Shown here one piece after another: positions 14,045 to 25,908 of a stretch of 64,000 nucleotides of DNA. The notes under the pieces are model-generated. The model was not told where the DNA came from. It was given only the letters and a program-made list of their open reading frames with translations, and ran no database searches. The DNA is from Chrysomallon squamiferum. Its lineage: Eukaryota > Animalia > Mollusca. The translations under genes and the position numbers were made by a program. Location: NCBI GenBank assembly GCA_012295275.1, contig CM022677.1:12028001-12092000 (forward strand). Direction: 5' to 3'. How positions within the stretch are numbered: position 1 is the first letter of the stretch; each line of letters starts with the position of its first letter.

Positions 14045-14554
14045 TAAAGAAGATAATAATTATAATTAAAACAAAAATACTTTATTTTACATAATTTAAA
14101 TGAATTCTCTATAGAAATAGCTGGTGTGAGTTGTACTTTTTATTCTTTCTTCATAAAATATTAAGTGAAGTAACAATAATCAAATATTTGTTTCCAAAAT
14201 CTGTTAGTAGTGAAAATTAAGTTACTAATAACCACAAATCTGATATTTATTTTCACTCATTCTAACAACCATTTGATTAACAAACTATAAATGTCAATAG
14301 TCTAGCTTTGTCTTAAGTTGTGGTGGAATTTAAGACTGTTTTGATTATGCTGAAAATTTAGTTAACTTGGCTGCACACTGAGTTTGAAATACAGTGATGT
14401 CACTTCTAGCTCTGTTTTTCACTTTAATTTCTAACTATATCCAACCAAAAGCAAAAACAAAAACAAAAACAAAACTAAAATAATAAATAATAATTACTAA
14501 TAAACAGTAAATAAAACAAATAAATAAAATAATTATAAATAGAGATAGATAGAA

Positions 14555-14840
14555 ACAAGTGAATGAGGCAGAGACAAATGACAGAGACAACTGAATTAGA
14601 CTGAGACAAGTCAGAGATACAAATGAGACAGAGACAAGTTATAAAGACAGCTAAGTGAATGAGAGAGACAGCTGAATTAGACTGAGACAAGTCAGAGATA
14701 CAAATGAGACAGAGACAAGTTATAAAGACAGCTAAGTGAATGAGAGAGACAGCTGAATTAGACTGAGACAAGTCAGAGATACAAATGAGACAGAGACAAG
14801 TTATAAAGACAGCTAAGTGAATGATAAGAGACAGCTGAAT
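14555..14840. repeat. 81-bp tandem repeat (~3 units)
   Basis: gtgaatgagagagacagctgaattagactgagacaagtcagagatacaaatgagacagagacaagttataaagacagctaa recurs at 14655, 14736 and 14817. Confidence 0.9.
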
Positions 14841-15299
14841 GATATATTTTACTTTCATTCAAACACTCAAAGAATGAACAGATTATATAAATATGTATAT
14901 TTCATTAATGTTTTCATGTTGACATTTTTCTTTGATTCATATAGTAAAAATAAAAATCTTTCTCATAGATAAATGAGACAATTCCAGTGAAAGTCTGTCA
15001 TTGCTGTCACTGAGCATAGAAATATTTCTCCATATTTTTAATAATGTTTTTGTGATTTTTTTGAAAATACTTTTTTAATGAACACTAGTGGAATTTCATG
15101 CTTCTTTCATTTTTCAGATAGATTTTTTAATATAGAAATAAGACATTTTTGAAGCAGTAATTTAACATTAGTCCTAGAAGCAGAACACAATATTTATTAA
15201 TAGGTTGAAATAGTATATACCTGTCTAGAAGATTATTTTCTATGTTTAACAACTAGAGAAGTAAATAAATAATTAAATTAATAACTAAGTCAGTAATAA

Positions 15300-15930
15300 C
15301 GTTAGAAACAACACCGTTATTACGACAACAACGGCGACATTAATACAAACTAATATTACATTTTAATGGGATGCGGACACTAAGAAGTTAAGAACAACCC
15401 CTTTACGATCACCCCATTAATAGATACACCAAAACGTTCAGAACAACGCTGGTACGACGGCAATGACGGCGACATTAATAGAAATTGCATTAATATATTT
15501 TAACGTAGTATGTGCCCGCTCAGAAAGTATGAGGAAATAAAAAGCGCAAAAGAATAACACTACTACGATGGCGACGGCGTCATTAATAAAAATAGTGATA
15601 ATATTTTTTAACATAGGTTGTGGACACTAAGAAAGTTTGAATACTAGTTAATAAAAAGCAAAATAATACAGAGAACGTTGAGAACAACGTCGTATACGAT
15701 GGTAATGACGGCGACATTAATAGAGATGATAATCATAATATAAGATGGGAACGGTCAGAAAATAAGAATAACAGCGATACAAAATGAAAAGGAATAATGA
15801 GGAGAACACCAATAACGTTAGGGGCAACGACAGTGACATTAATAGAAATTACAATAATATATTTTAACAGGTGATGCGCCCGCTCAGAAACTAACTTGAA
15901 CGTACTCAGTAAATAAAGAGGAAACACGAC
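15300..15930. repeat. Degenerate ~105-135-bp tandem repeat family (related array at 57500-58320)
   Basis: Recurrent gacggcgacattaata..aataatatattttaac..tgcg(g/c)ac/cgctcagaaa blocks at ~15330, 15465, 15570, 15706, 15827. Confidence 0.7.
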
Positions 15931-16091
15931 CCCTAACACCCGGATTTAAAACGCATGTCTGTAGATCTCCAGTATACAGTTTCATATTTAGTCATGTTTT
16001 TAAAACATCGTTATTTTATTTATGTTTTTATATTTTTATTTGCACTTTTCGTTCGTGCGGTTGTTTCTCCTATTTTATTTTTGACGAGGGG

Positions 16092-16193
<102 letters not shown>

Positions 16194-16497
16194 CTTTTCT
16201 TCTTCAAAAAAAAAAATAAAAAAAATAAAATGAAATAGTATAGCTGAGTACCCTTGGAACCTCCACACAAAAACACCCCAATAATCTGTATTAGCTGTTA
16301 ATAATAAATTTATAATAACAGTTCTACGTTAATTATATACATTAATTATATTTTACACACAGACAGACATATAGATATATAGGTGAATATCATGAAACAA
16401 TGTAAAATAGTTTTAAAATTAAATCAAATAATGACAGAAGTATTTTATTTTATCATACAAATATTTTATTTCAGTTTTATTTTGATTACACTGGACT

Positions 16498-16529
<32 letters not shown>

Positions 16530-16577
16530 ATAACACAATTTCTTGAAATAAACTACAAAAATAATTTACATGTATGG

Positions 16578-16881
<304 letters not shown>

Positions 16882-17204
16882 AAAACTGGGTGAAAAACTT
16901 AAAAGTAAATCACATTTTGTTTTGAAATTTATCTTGCAATTTAGTATTTTTAAACGAGACTTTAAGAATAATAATCATAATTAAAACAAATAATAACGAA
17001 TTGATGAATTAGTTATATATTTAATAAAAAAAGAAATGAAATTAAACAAAGTAACTAAATTAATTAATTAATTAAATTAGTAAGTAAATAAATAATATAA
17101 CTAATTATCTGTTTATTTATCAATTCATGTAAAGAAAGAAATGTCTGTGGACTTTCAACTTCAAAACAGTTAAAGTGAAACTAAATTAGCAGACAGTTTC
17201 AAGT

Positions 17205-18595
17205 TTACTTTTTACACCATGTAAATATTTTTATTTCATTGCTCTGTGCCACGTACAGTTTGTTGTCATCACAACAGACAGACCAAGGTTCGGTCAGTCC
17301 ATCCTGGTCAGTGAGGATGTCACGTGTAATGTTACCATCTCGTGACAACTGAACAACACAATTTCTATCACAACTACAAACAAAAATATTTCCCTCCCTG
17401 TCACATGTAACACCTGTCAAGCCTTTCAGTTTGTGTGAATCACGTGACTCCCATTTGATGTCACCTGATGACGTCACACAAACTACACTGTTTAGCTTTG
17501 ACACAACAATCAGACATTGATCGTGAACTGTGAGACGTGACGGTTCGGGGATCAAATCTGTTGAGATGGAATTAATGAGATGACCACTGTCTGTCAGTAT
17601 GTCCAAGCACTGACTATTGTACCCAGTGACCGCGAGTCGGTTGCCTGGCAGCACAGCGATATGCTGATACTTTTTAACAGTTGTAACTGTTTTTACCAGT
17701 TTGAAGTTTTTCAAATTTAAAAACAATATTTTACTTTCATGTGGCAGAGCAACAACAACAACAACATCACCCCGCTGATCACGTGCTTCAGCAAGACCCC
17801 ATAGTGGAGAGGAAGTTTCGTATCTTTTTATCAGTGATTTTCTTTTTAAACAAAAACATTTTACACATTCATTGAAAATATCACTAACAACCATTTTACT
17901 TTTGTCTGCATCTGACACCAGCAGGGAAAACGGAAAAGGATCTGTTTTATCTTTTTGTGTTTTTATCTTAATGGTGTTTGTGTGTTTGAGAGTGTCTGTC
18001 TGTCTGTCTATCTGTGTGTCTCTGTGTTGTGTTTTTGTGTTACTGGTGTATGTGTGTTTGAGTGAGCCTGTTTGGATGTTTGTGGATATTTCTCCAATGT
18101 GGACTGACATTTTTGACTTTTTGTCAGATTTTATCAGATTTACTTTAAACTTTGCTTTTTCTATTTGAGAACAAGATTTGGACAGAAACTCGGAAGTTGT
18201 GTTTTGAAGTTTGGTGAATTTTGAAATATTTATTTTTATATCTGACTCTGATTTTCTTGTCAGCAAATCTTCCCTCAATTTTATCATTTTTTCGTTTTCC
18301 TCAATCAGATGTTTGTGTTCATTGAATAATTTGTCTATTTCTGAGTTTACAAAGTTCTGAGATTTTTCTATTTCTCTTATTAACCTGTCTTGTTCTTTGT
18401 GGACTGCGGCAGTAAAATCTGTGATTAGTGTGTTACCAATCCTTCTGACCTCTTCTGTAGTGTCCACGACGTTGATGCCGACGGCGTGGCGAAGTTGCTC
18501 AATCATATCATCTATCTCTGTCTGAAGAATTTCTTTAAAGGTTTTGAGACTTTCAGAAACAGAACTCAGAAGTGACATGTGATCTCCCTTTTGAG
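17205..18595 (-). CDS. TRIM-like gene, large second coding exon (coiled coil + beta-propeller)
   Basis: Longest ORF in the window; NHL/6-bladed-propeller-like motifs at the C-terminus; AG acceptor at 18597-18596. Confidence 0.88.
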
Positions 18596-19153
18596 CTGAA
18601 GTAAGTAAATAAATAAATAAATAATCAATCAGTCAATTAATTAATTAACTAGAACTACTATTATTAATAAAGGTATGCCTACAATGTGACGTTTTAGAAT
18701 GTATTTGATCAACTACTTTAAAAATCTGAGTAGAAAAATGTCATAAATAAAGTTTCCTCTATTTCTTTAGCTTGTGATGGTTAATATCTTTAGTTAAACA
18801 GTCACTAAATGTTTTCTTTTTTTAGTATTTTATTGTAACGAATGTAAACACAACACTGCTGACTCACACAACTTTGACTGTAGCCGATCATTAGCGGCGT
18901 TCTGTAGTGAACGGTTTATAGGGAATTGATCTGCCCATGTATTCACTGGTTTCGTGCTGTCTGGGATGTGGACATCCTGCCTGCAGAACGGGCAGGTGAT
19001 TTTTATGTCGTTGTTGTCGTAATTATGACTTATATAGTCCTGCAGGCATTTGCTGCAGAACGAATGTCCACAAAATAATATTCGCGGCTTCTTGAAAAGT
19101 TCGGTACAAATGCAGCACGAAAGATTACCATCAGAGTTTGCAGCTGTTGCCAT
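17205..19153 (-). CDS. TRIM-like E3 ligase: RING + coiled coil + NHL-like beta-propeller; spliced, 558 aa
   Basis: Coding exon 19153-18868 (MATAANSDGNLSCCICTELFKKPRILFCGHSFCSKCL..ITCPFCR, C3HC4 RING; GTGAGT donor on - at 18867-18862). Intron to ttacttcAG acceptor; exon 18595-17205 continues in frame (SQKGDH-MSLLSS..) into the 457-aa ORF with a helical region then propeller repeats (GVTCDREGNIFVCSCDRNCVVQLSRDG; PWSVCCDDNKLYVA). 286+1391 nt = 559 codons including stop. Confidence 0.85.
18868..19153 (-). CDS. TRIM-like gene, first coding exon (RING finger)
   Basis: CxxC..CGHSFCxxC..CPFCR; ATG two nt after the ttattcacAG acceptor; GTGAGT donor. Confidence 0.88.
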
Positions 19154-19248
19154 ATCTGTGAATAACAATAACAATAATAACAACAGCAACAACATAGAAG
19201 AATCAGAGAAGATAAAAAGGAAAATACAGAGAAAGAAAAATGTAACTA

Positions 19249-19281
<33 letters not shown>

Positions 19282-20189
19282 AATAAATAACAATAAGAGA
19301 TAACAAGAATAGCAGTGGAGGTCAAAATTAAAAAGATTTTTGAATCAAAACCACAAACAAACAAAAGTAAAGAAAAAATTCACACACAAAATAAAAATAA
19401 AGTATCAATTCCGTTTACTTCAAAGGGCCAACGGAATATACAAATAAATAAATAAATGAAAGGATAAAATAAATAAATAAACGTGCGAATTTAATTATAA
19501 AATTATAAATATGCTATTTAAGCTACTCATTTATTCATTCATTTATTAAATTTATTTTGTTTGTAAAATAAATAAAAGAACTATTAAAGTGAATTACAAA
19601 CTTGCTAAATTTAACCTTGTGACGTAAGTTTGAGAAGGAAAACGACAGTTCTACTGTTATACAGTTCTACTGTTATATGAAACAAAGCATGAAATAAATA
19701 AATAAACAAATAAATAAACATTTGTGACGTGGCTATGAATGCTGCAAGGTAATTTCGCACTATTTCAGCCTATGCTACGTAACCAAGCCCACTCATTTTC
19801 ATGGTAAAACTGGAATGTGGGCAATGAAAGAAACGTGACATTCACAGAAGTAATGTATTCAGTGTAATAAAAACGAAACATTTCATAGTAAACGAATGAA
19901 TTTCTGATTGCTGCTGAACATTATTTTATTAACGTCGAACTCAACACATTTTTAATCTGCAGTTAAATGGCTTCATTCATTGATAAAGTAATCATTGATA
20001 AAGATAAATGCGACAACACATCGCCAGACACTACTTTTCTCTGACCACCGAGCAACAACCTCCACTCTAACACAAAACAATTTTGTACAGAAATTTATGA
20101 AAATAACATAGATTACTGTTTTATTTTATAATATCTTACACTAACGAAATAACAAGGACAACAACAAAACAAAAATCATAAATAATAAT

Positions 20190-20283
<94 letters not shown>

Positions 20284-20291
20284 CATCTTAC

Positions 20292-20400
20292 CTTTGTCTT
20301 AAGAAATGGAAATTTTAACACCTGCAAACAATTCTCTTCTATTCGTCTGCAATGTCAGTTTGCTGGCGAACAAGCCGGTTTTGACAGACGACACTGGGTG
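20292..20400 (-). other. Probable 5' non-coding exon of the TRIM-like gene
   Basis: AAG|GTAAGA donor on - at 20291; the coding exon begins with an acceptor so an upstream exon is required; 5' boundary approximate. Confidence 0.4.
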
Positions 20401-20852
20401 AGTGGAATATACCAATTTCAATAAAGGGGTGGAAGCCTTGAAATTTTATAGAACACTTTTGTTTCTTCTGCGAAAAAAATAATCGTGAACGTTATAAATG
20501 CTTGTGATAAAGTACACAGCAGTAAAAGTAACAACTACCTTAACATAGTTAGTGCAGTTCATACCTTTTTTGATATATGCTACGCACAGTGAAAGTGAGA
20601 CTAACGAATAATAAAAACAGCAACACAATAAGCCGAAGTACATTATTGTGTTTCTTTTTATTCACACAGTGGTAAATATAAAGACATTCTTACTGAATAT
20701 GTGTGCAACATGTAGGGCGCCGTAAGCTACATTCTAATCATTACAAAATACTTGTCACGTATAAAACGAAACGAAACAAGTAGTGTTAATCAGTTATTCA
20801 TTATTCATAATTACTTTTCTAAACTGCAAATACAGGAACTCAGTTGATGCAG

Positions 20853-20924
<72 letters not shown>

Positions 20925-22186
20925 AAGAATATATTTCTAAATAAATATATAAATAAATAAATAAATAAACAAACAGAAACATTTGCAGTATTATTGAAAT
21001 AAATAGCATGAATTTGTTGTAATAGAAATAACAGTATAGCCATAAAAATAATTAATTAATTATGTAAACGGTCATATTTTAGTTTTGTCAGAAAACTTTC
21101 GAAAACTTTAACATTCAGTTGGATGATAGTAGTAGAAAGGTGTTGTGAAGTTATTTTAATGATTATTTTATTATTTCCTAATCTAAAAAATTGTCACACC
21201 ATTTAACATTATAATGTTTTCAGTGTAGCTGTTGGATCTCTGTGTCTAAATAAATAAATAACAATAATAACAACAGTATCAACATAGAACAATAAGAGAA
21301 AATAAAAAAGAAGATAGAGAAAGAAAAAGGGAACTTAATAATAATAATAATAATAATAATAATGAAATGATAAAATAAACATATAAACGTGCGTATGTAA
21401 CACTATAATGTTATAAATAAACTGTATAAGCTTTTCATTCGTTCAGTTTATTTTTAGTATTAGTAATAGTATTAGTAGTAGTAGTAGCAGCAGTAGTAAT
21501 AGCAGTAGTATAAATATAAGTAGTATAACAGCAATATTAGTATATTTCTATATATATATATATATATACTAATATTGCTGATATTGCTACTACTAGTCGA
21601 CACACACACACACACACACAGAGTAAAAAATATATATAACAGAGATTAATGATGAACGTTAATAACTAAATACCTTTTTAAGATCTATCCAAACACTATG
21701 CATTTCTTTTCTTTTTTAAATAGGAGAAAACTTTGCAAGTATAAATTTGTGGAAATACACCAAAATAAACTTCATTTTCCAACTTAATACAAGTTTTGTT
21801 TCCTTTCGAAAAATGATTTATTATGGTTTATATTTGCCTTACATACAGCTGGCGCACCAAAACTGTTTTATAGCTTAGACCTCTAAAGATCTTAATTCGA
21901 CCATGGCGGTAGTTGTACGCCTAGTCAAAGAAAGTAACAGGACAGCTGTTCACCACGTTTCTAAACTGCAAATACATTATTATTGATTACATATTATTTG
22001 TTAAACATAAACACAGCTGGCCCCTTCTCTGATCTCAGCTAATAGTGGTGATAGCAGCACACCAAACTCACAATAACTTGAGAATTAACGGACTAAACTT
22101 AAATAATATTTAATTAACATTCAATTAAAATTTAACCAGCTTTAATTATTACATGCAATTTTAACCAGGAAGTAAATTAAAGGAAA

Positions 22187-22201
22187 AGTTTCGATTTCGT
22201 T
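22187..22201 (+). promoter_or_regulatory. ISRE/IRF-binding-like motif AGTTTCGATTTCGTT with nearby ETS-like CAGGAAGT (22166-22173)
   Basis: Exact fit to AGTTTCNNTTTC; in the spacer between two divergent E3-ligase loci; GAAACGAAAC also at 20768-20777. Confidence 0.4.
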
Positions 22202-22316
22202 AATGAAACATTATACTTGTCATAATTGAGATCAAATCAATAATAACAATAAATTTCATTCATATTTCCGCGTCTGACTCTCTTAAAGCAGTGTTTAACA
22301 ATGTAGAAAAACTCAG

Positions 22317-22420
22317 CGGGTAGTGCAGTGGGTAGTGCAGTGGGTAGTGCAGTGGGTAGTGCAGTGTGTAGTGCAGTGTGTAGTGCAGTGGGTGGAGCAA
22401 ATCTCTGTCACCAAGGTGCG
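22317..22420 (+). repeat. 12-bp tandem GGTAGTGCAGTG (x6) resembling an amplified tRNA-derived SINE A-box head
   Basis: Units ggtagtgcagtg/tgtagtgcagtg followed by ggtggagca..ctctgtcaccaagg; no intact B box or cloverleaf. Confidence 0.5.
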
Positions 22421-23017
22421 CTGGCGCGAGAGCTGTAACGCGGAGAACGATCTTACGTCATGCGAGAAGCTGGTTAAACTTTAACTGATTATTATTTACG
22501 TTAATTCTCAAGTTATTGTGAGTTTGGAGTGCTACTGTCACCACAATTAGGTGAGATCAGAGAAAGGGCCAGCTGTGTTTATGATTAACAAATAATATGT
22601 AATCAATAATAACGAGCTAGAAACGTGGTGAACAGCTGTCCTGTTTCTGTGTTTGACTAGGCGTAGAACTACCGCCATGGTCGGATTAAGATCTTTAGTG
22701 GCTCTAAGCTATCAAACAATTTTGATGCGCAATTTGTATGTAAACAATGTAAACAAATATAAAGAATAATAAATCATAGAATAAAATGTAGTTTTGTGTA
22801 GTTCCACTAAATTTATACTGGGAATGTTTTCTCTTATTTTATATTTTTTTATTTTTTTATTTTTATAAGCAGTGTTTGGTCAGATCGACAATACGTATTT
22901 AGTTATTAATGTACACCGTTAATCTCTATTATAATTTTTGTTACTGTGTGTGTGTGTGCGTGTGTTTGATTTTCACTCGAAAATAATTCCTTTTAATTCC
23001 ATTTAAAAGAAACTTAG

Positions 23018-25875
23018 AGTGATATCGGTAGGAGCACGTGTAGTTCGAAGTCCAGACTGGGCTGGTAAAGGGAAAGATGGTGGCGAAGATGGTCTTGGAA
23101 CAGTTGTGAAAGAGGATGTCGCTAATGGCAAGGTGAAGGTCATATGGGACATAGGTCACGAAGGTCACTATCGTGCTGGATATGATGGACGATATACGAA
23201 CTCAGTCAGATTTTCTACACTTAATGTTTCTTTAATTTTATTGTTGTTGTCATTTTTTTTTTTTATTATAACCGTTGCTGTCGTTGTTAGAAACGAACAA
23301 AACGTTTGTAAATAGTTGATTTTTCAAGAAATGTTAATCATTAACAAAAATGATATCTTTACCGTCATTACTTTATTCCTTTAAGAACTGTTTCTATATT
23401 TTCTTAAATTAGTCATCTTATGTCAGAGTCAACTTTTGCACATATATACTGAGACTGAAAATGGTGTTATTTGGAAAAAAACCTACTAAGATTTTTTGAG
23501 GAACATTCTTGTTGCGGGAATATAGACTACTGCATTTTTGTAACTATATGCATGTAATATTTCACTTGATTTATTATCAGTCTTTCCATATTTCATCCGT
23601 GTACCCTGCCATTCTCTTTAGAGTTATCCCTCTTCCGTCGAACTATTAATAGATATATTATACCTAGTATATTGTTTATTGTACTAATATTTTACAGACT
23701 TTAAACTGTATGGTCAGGAACATTTAATTATTCGACAAGTGTTTATAGATTGCTAAAACATGTTTTGACAAATCGCAATATCTCAATCATGAAAATCATG
23801 CGGAAATACAGCATCAGTTATGTCCCTTCTGTAGACGTCGTATGTCACTAGTGTCCGAATTCAGAACAAATAAATTAAAAATTATCTCTAAAAAATAAAA
23901 AAATAAATAAATAAAACAATTGAATCAAGAATGTTAAAGAAACCCAAAGCAAAAATGTAATTTATTTTCTACAGAGGTAAACAATCTTGGAGTAATTTTG
24001 TTTTCTCGCTAATAAATTATTAATTTGTAGTTATAAATAACCATAATGGTAATCTAAGACTAATTATAATTTGCAATCAATACTTAGTGTAACTAATGTT
24101 TGTACGTCAGACACTCTGTCAGATTATATTTATCATCTTTAGAACGTAATGATTATTTATTTATTGTTTATTATTATTAGGATCATCATCATCATCATCA
24201 ACTCACAAGAACAATATGTAATTTTTATGTTGTGTTCATGATAATATTACATGTGATGTTTGCAAAATGGAACCAATAGAATGTATGCTCAGGAAGTGTG
24301 CAACCTGCTGTGACCTTTGCACTCTGTGTTACATGAGTGGAAAACATGATCTTAGTCATCCTTTCCTTCTCCATCAAACACAGACATCTACACTGTAAGT
24401 CAGCAAAACTGAGATTACATGAATAAAACAACAAAGGAAAAAAACATATAAAAAGTAATAAAATTTAAAAACAAAAAATAAAAAGGCCTTTTACTGTTAA
24501 CAGTTTTGTACATTTATTTTAAATTCAATTTAAAACCAATTTATCTTAACAAATGATTTTAAAAAGGAATGTATTACTGCTTAAAAGTGCTTAGAGTGCC
24601 TAGTGATTCAAGAAATTTGCTAAAACCAGAAACTGTACATGGAATTTTGCCAGGTGCTAGTGTTAAGAGAGGGTTACACTGGAAGTGGAGTAATCAGGAT
24701 GGTAAGTATTCTTTCAATAAAGAGTTCACAGTGAGGTCAGTACTCTGTTATGATAGATTTATGGTAAAAAAAAGAGGATTTTTTTGGTTTTAAAATTTAC
24801 AATTAGAAAAATTTACACCAAGGAGTTTAGTAAGTTTATGCAAATCATAAAATATATTGTTAAATCTTTGTTAGTTTATTATTTATCAATATAGTGTATT
24901 TAAATGTGTTCAGCCTTGATGTGTCATGGTGGGATATACACAAAGATAACAGCTGAAGCCTGTTATAATAATTGTGACAATAAGCATCACACTATTTTGT
25001 AATCATAAAGGAATTAATTATACTGATTTCATTTAAGTCCATATAACAAATATCTTTTTCTGGCTATGAAAATGATTAAATGTGAAGTTTGAAAGAATCT
25101 GTTTTGCATCTTTTCAAAGATGTTTTTCTTTTATTTTGTTCTTCAAATTTAGGTGAAGGAGCTGGTGATGTCGTACATTTAGTAAAGTGGGGAAGAAATA
25201 GTTATAGAGGTGGTGTTGAAGTTAAATGCAAAACGGTTCAATGAATAACTACAGATGTGGAGGAGAAGGTTGTATGGATCTCATTCTGATTGCTGAAACA
25301 CAACGGATGTATTACTTTCCACAGCATCTTCCTGTGTGTTTCTTGAACTACCAGCAAATACATAACAACTATACTAACAAAGTGATAAATTAACAAACTA
25401 ATTAAAACCAACTTTTTTGATCTGCATAAACCTGTTATTCTTACTAAGTTTTGATAATTTTAGTTAATTTTAAAAGAAGCAGTAATGGACGTACCACAGA
25501 AGCTCCTAATAGTTTTTGGCTTTTATTTTAATATCATTTTTTTTTTTTACTTTGATTAAATTATCACAGATAATACTCTTAAACAACAACTATTAATAAT
25601 GATGATGCATTTGATGAGATTATGATGAGGAGGATAATGATGAAGATAAATTATAAACTAAAGTACTTTGTGGGTTTAGATGTGAGAAGCCAGTCAGAAT
25701 ATCAGTTGAAACCTGGAGACAAGGTACAAATGGATATAGATGTCAAAGTGGTGAAGAATTTTTTTTATCAGAAACTAAAGGAATGTGGCATGAAAAGATA
25801 TCTGATTTATTTAACTTTAATTAATTATAACATAAATGTAATTTATTCATTACAATTAATACATAATGAAAAAAA

Positions 25876-25908
<33 letters not shown>

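Larger units (their letters stand above)
21600..22965. repeat. Large inverted duplication: arms ~21600-22090 and ~22499-22965, ~410-bp spacer
   Basis: e.g. ccatggcggtagttgtacgcctagtcaaa..aggacagctgttcaccacgtttcta (21901-21963) is the reverse complement of tagaaacgtggtgaacagctgtcct..tttgactaggcgtagaactaccgccatgg (22618-22680); homology extends to the CA/TG runs at the outer ends. Confidence 0.92.

Noticed and set aside
14475-14858. 127-aa ORF with 27-aa repeats
   Set aside because: Artefact of an 81-bp tandem repeat; no splice or domain support.
17872-18168. 98-aa plus-strand ORF
   Set aside because: Antisense shadow of the TRIM-like exon.
18830-18867. Stop after the RING ORF as sign of a pseudogene
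   Set aside because: A GTGAGT donor precedes it and splices in frame to the next exon.
22317-22480. tRNA gene
   Set aside because: A-box-like only; no B box or cloverleaf.
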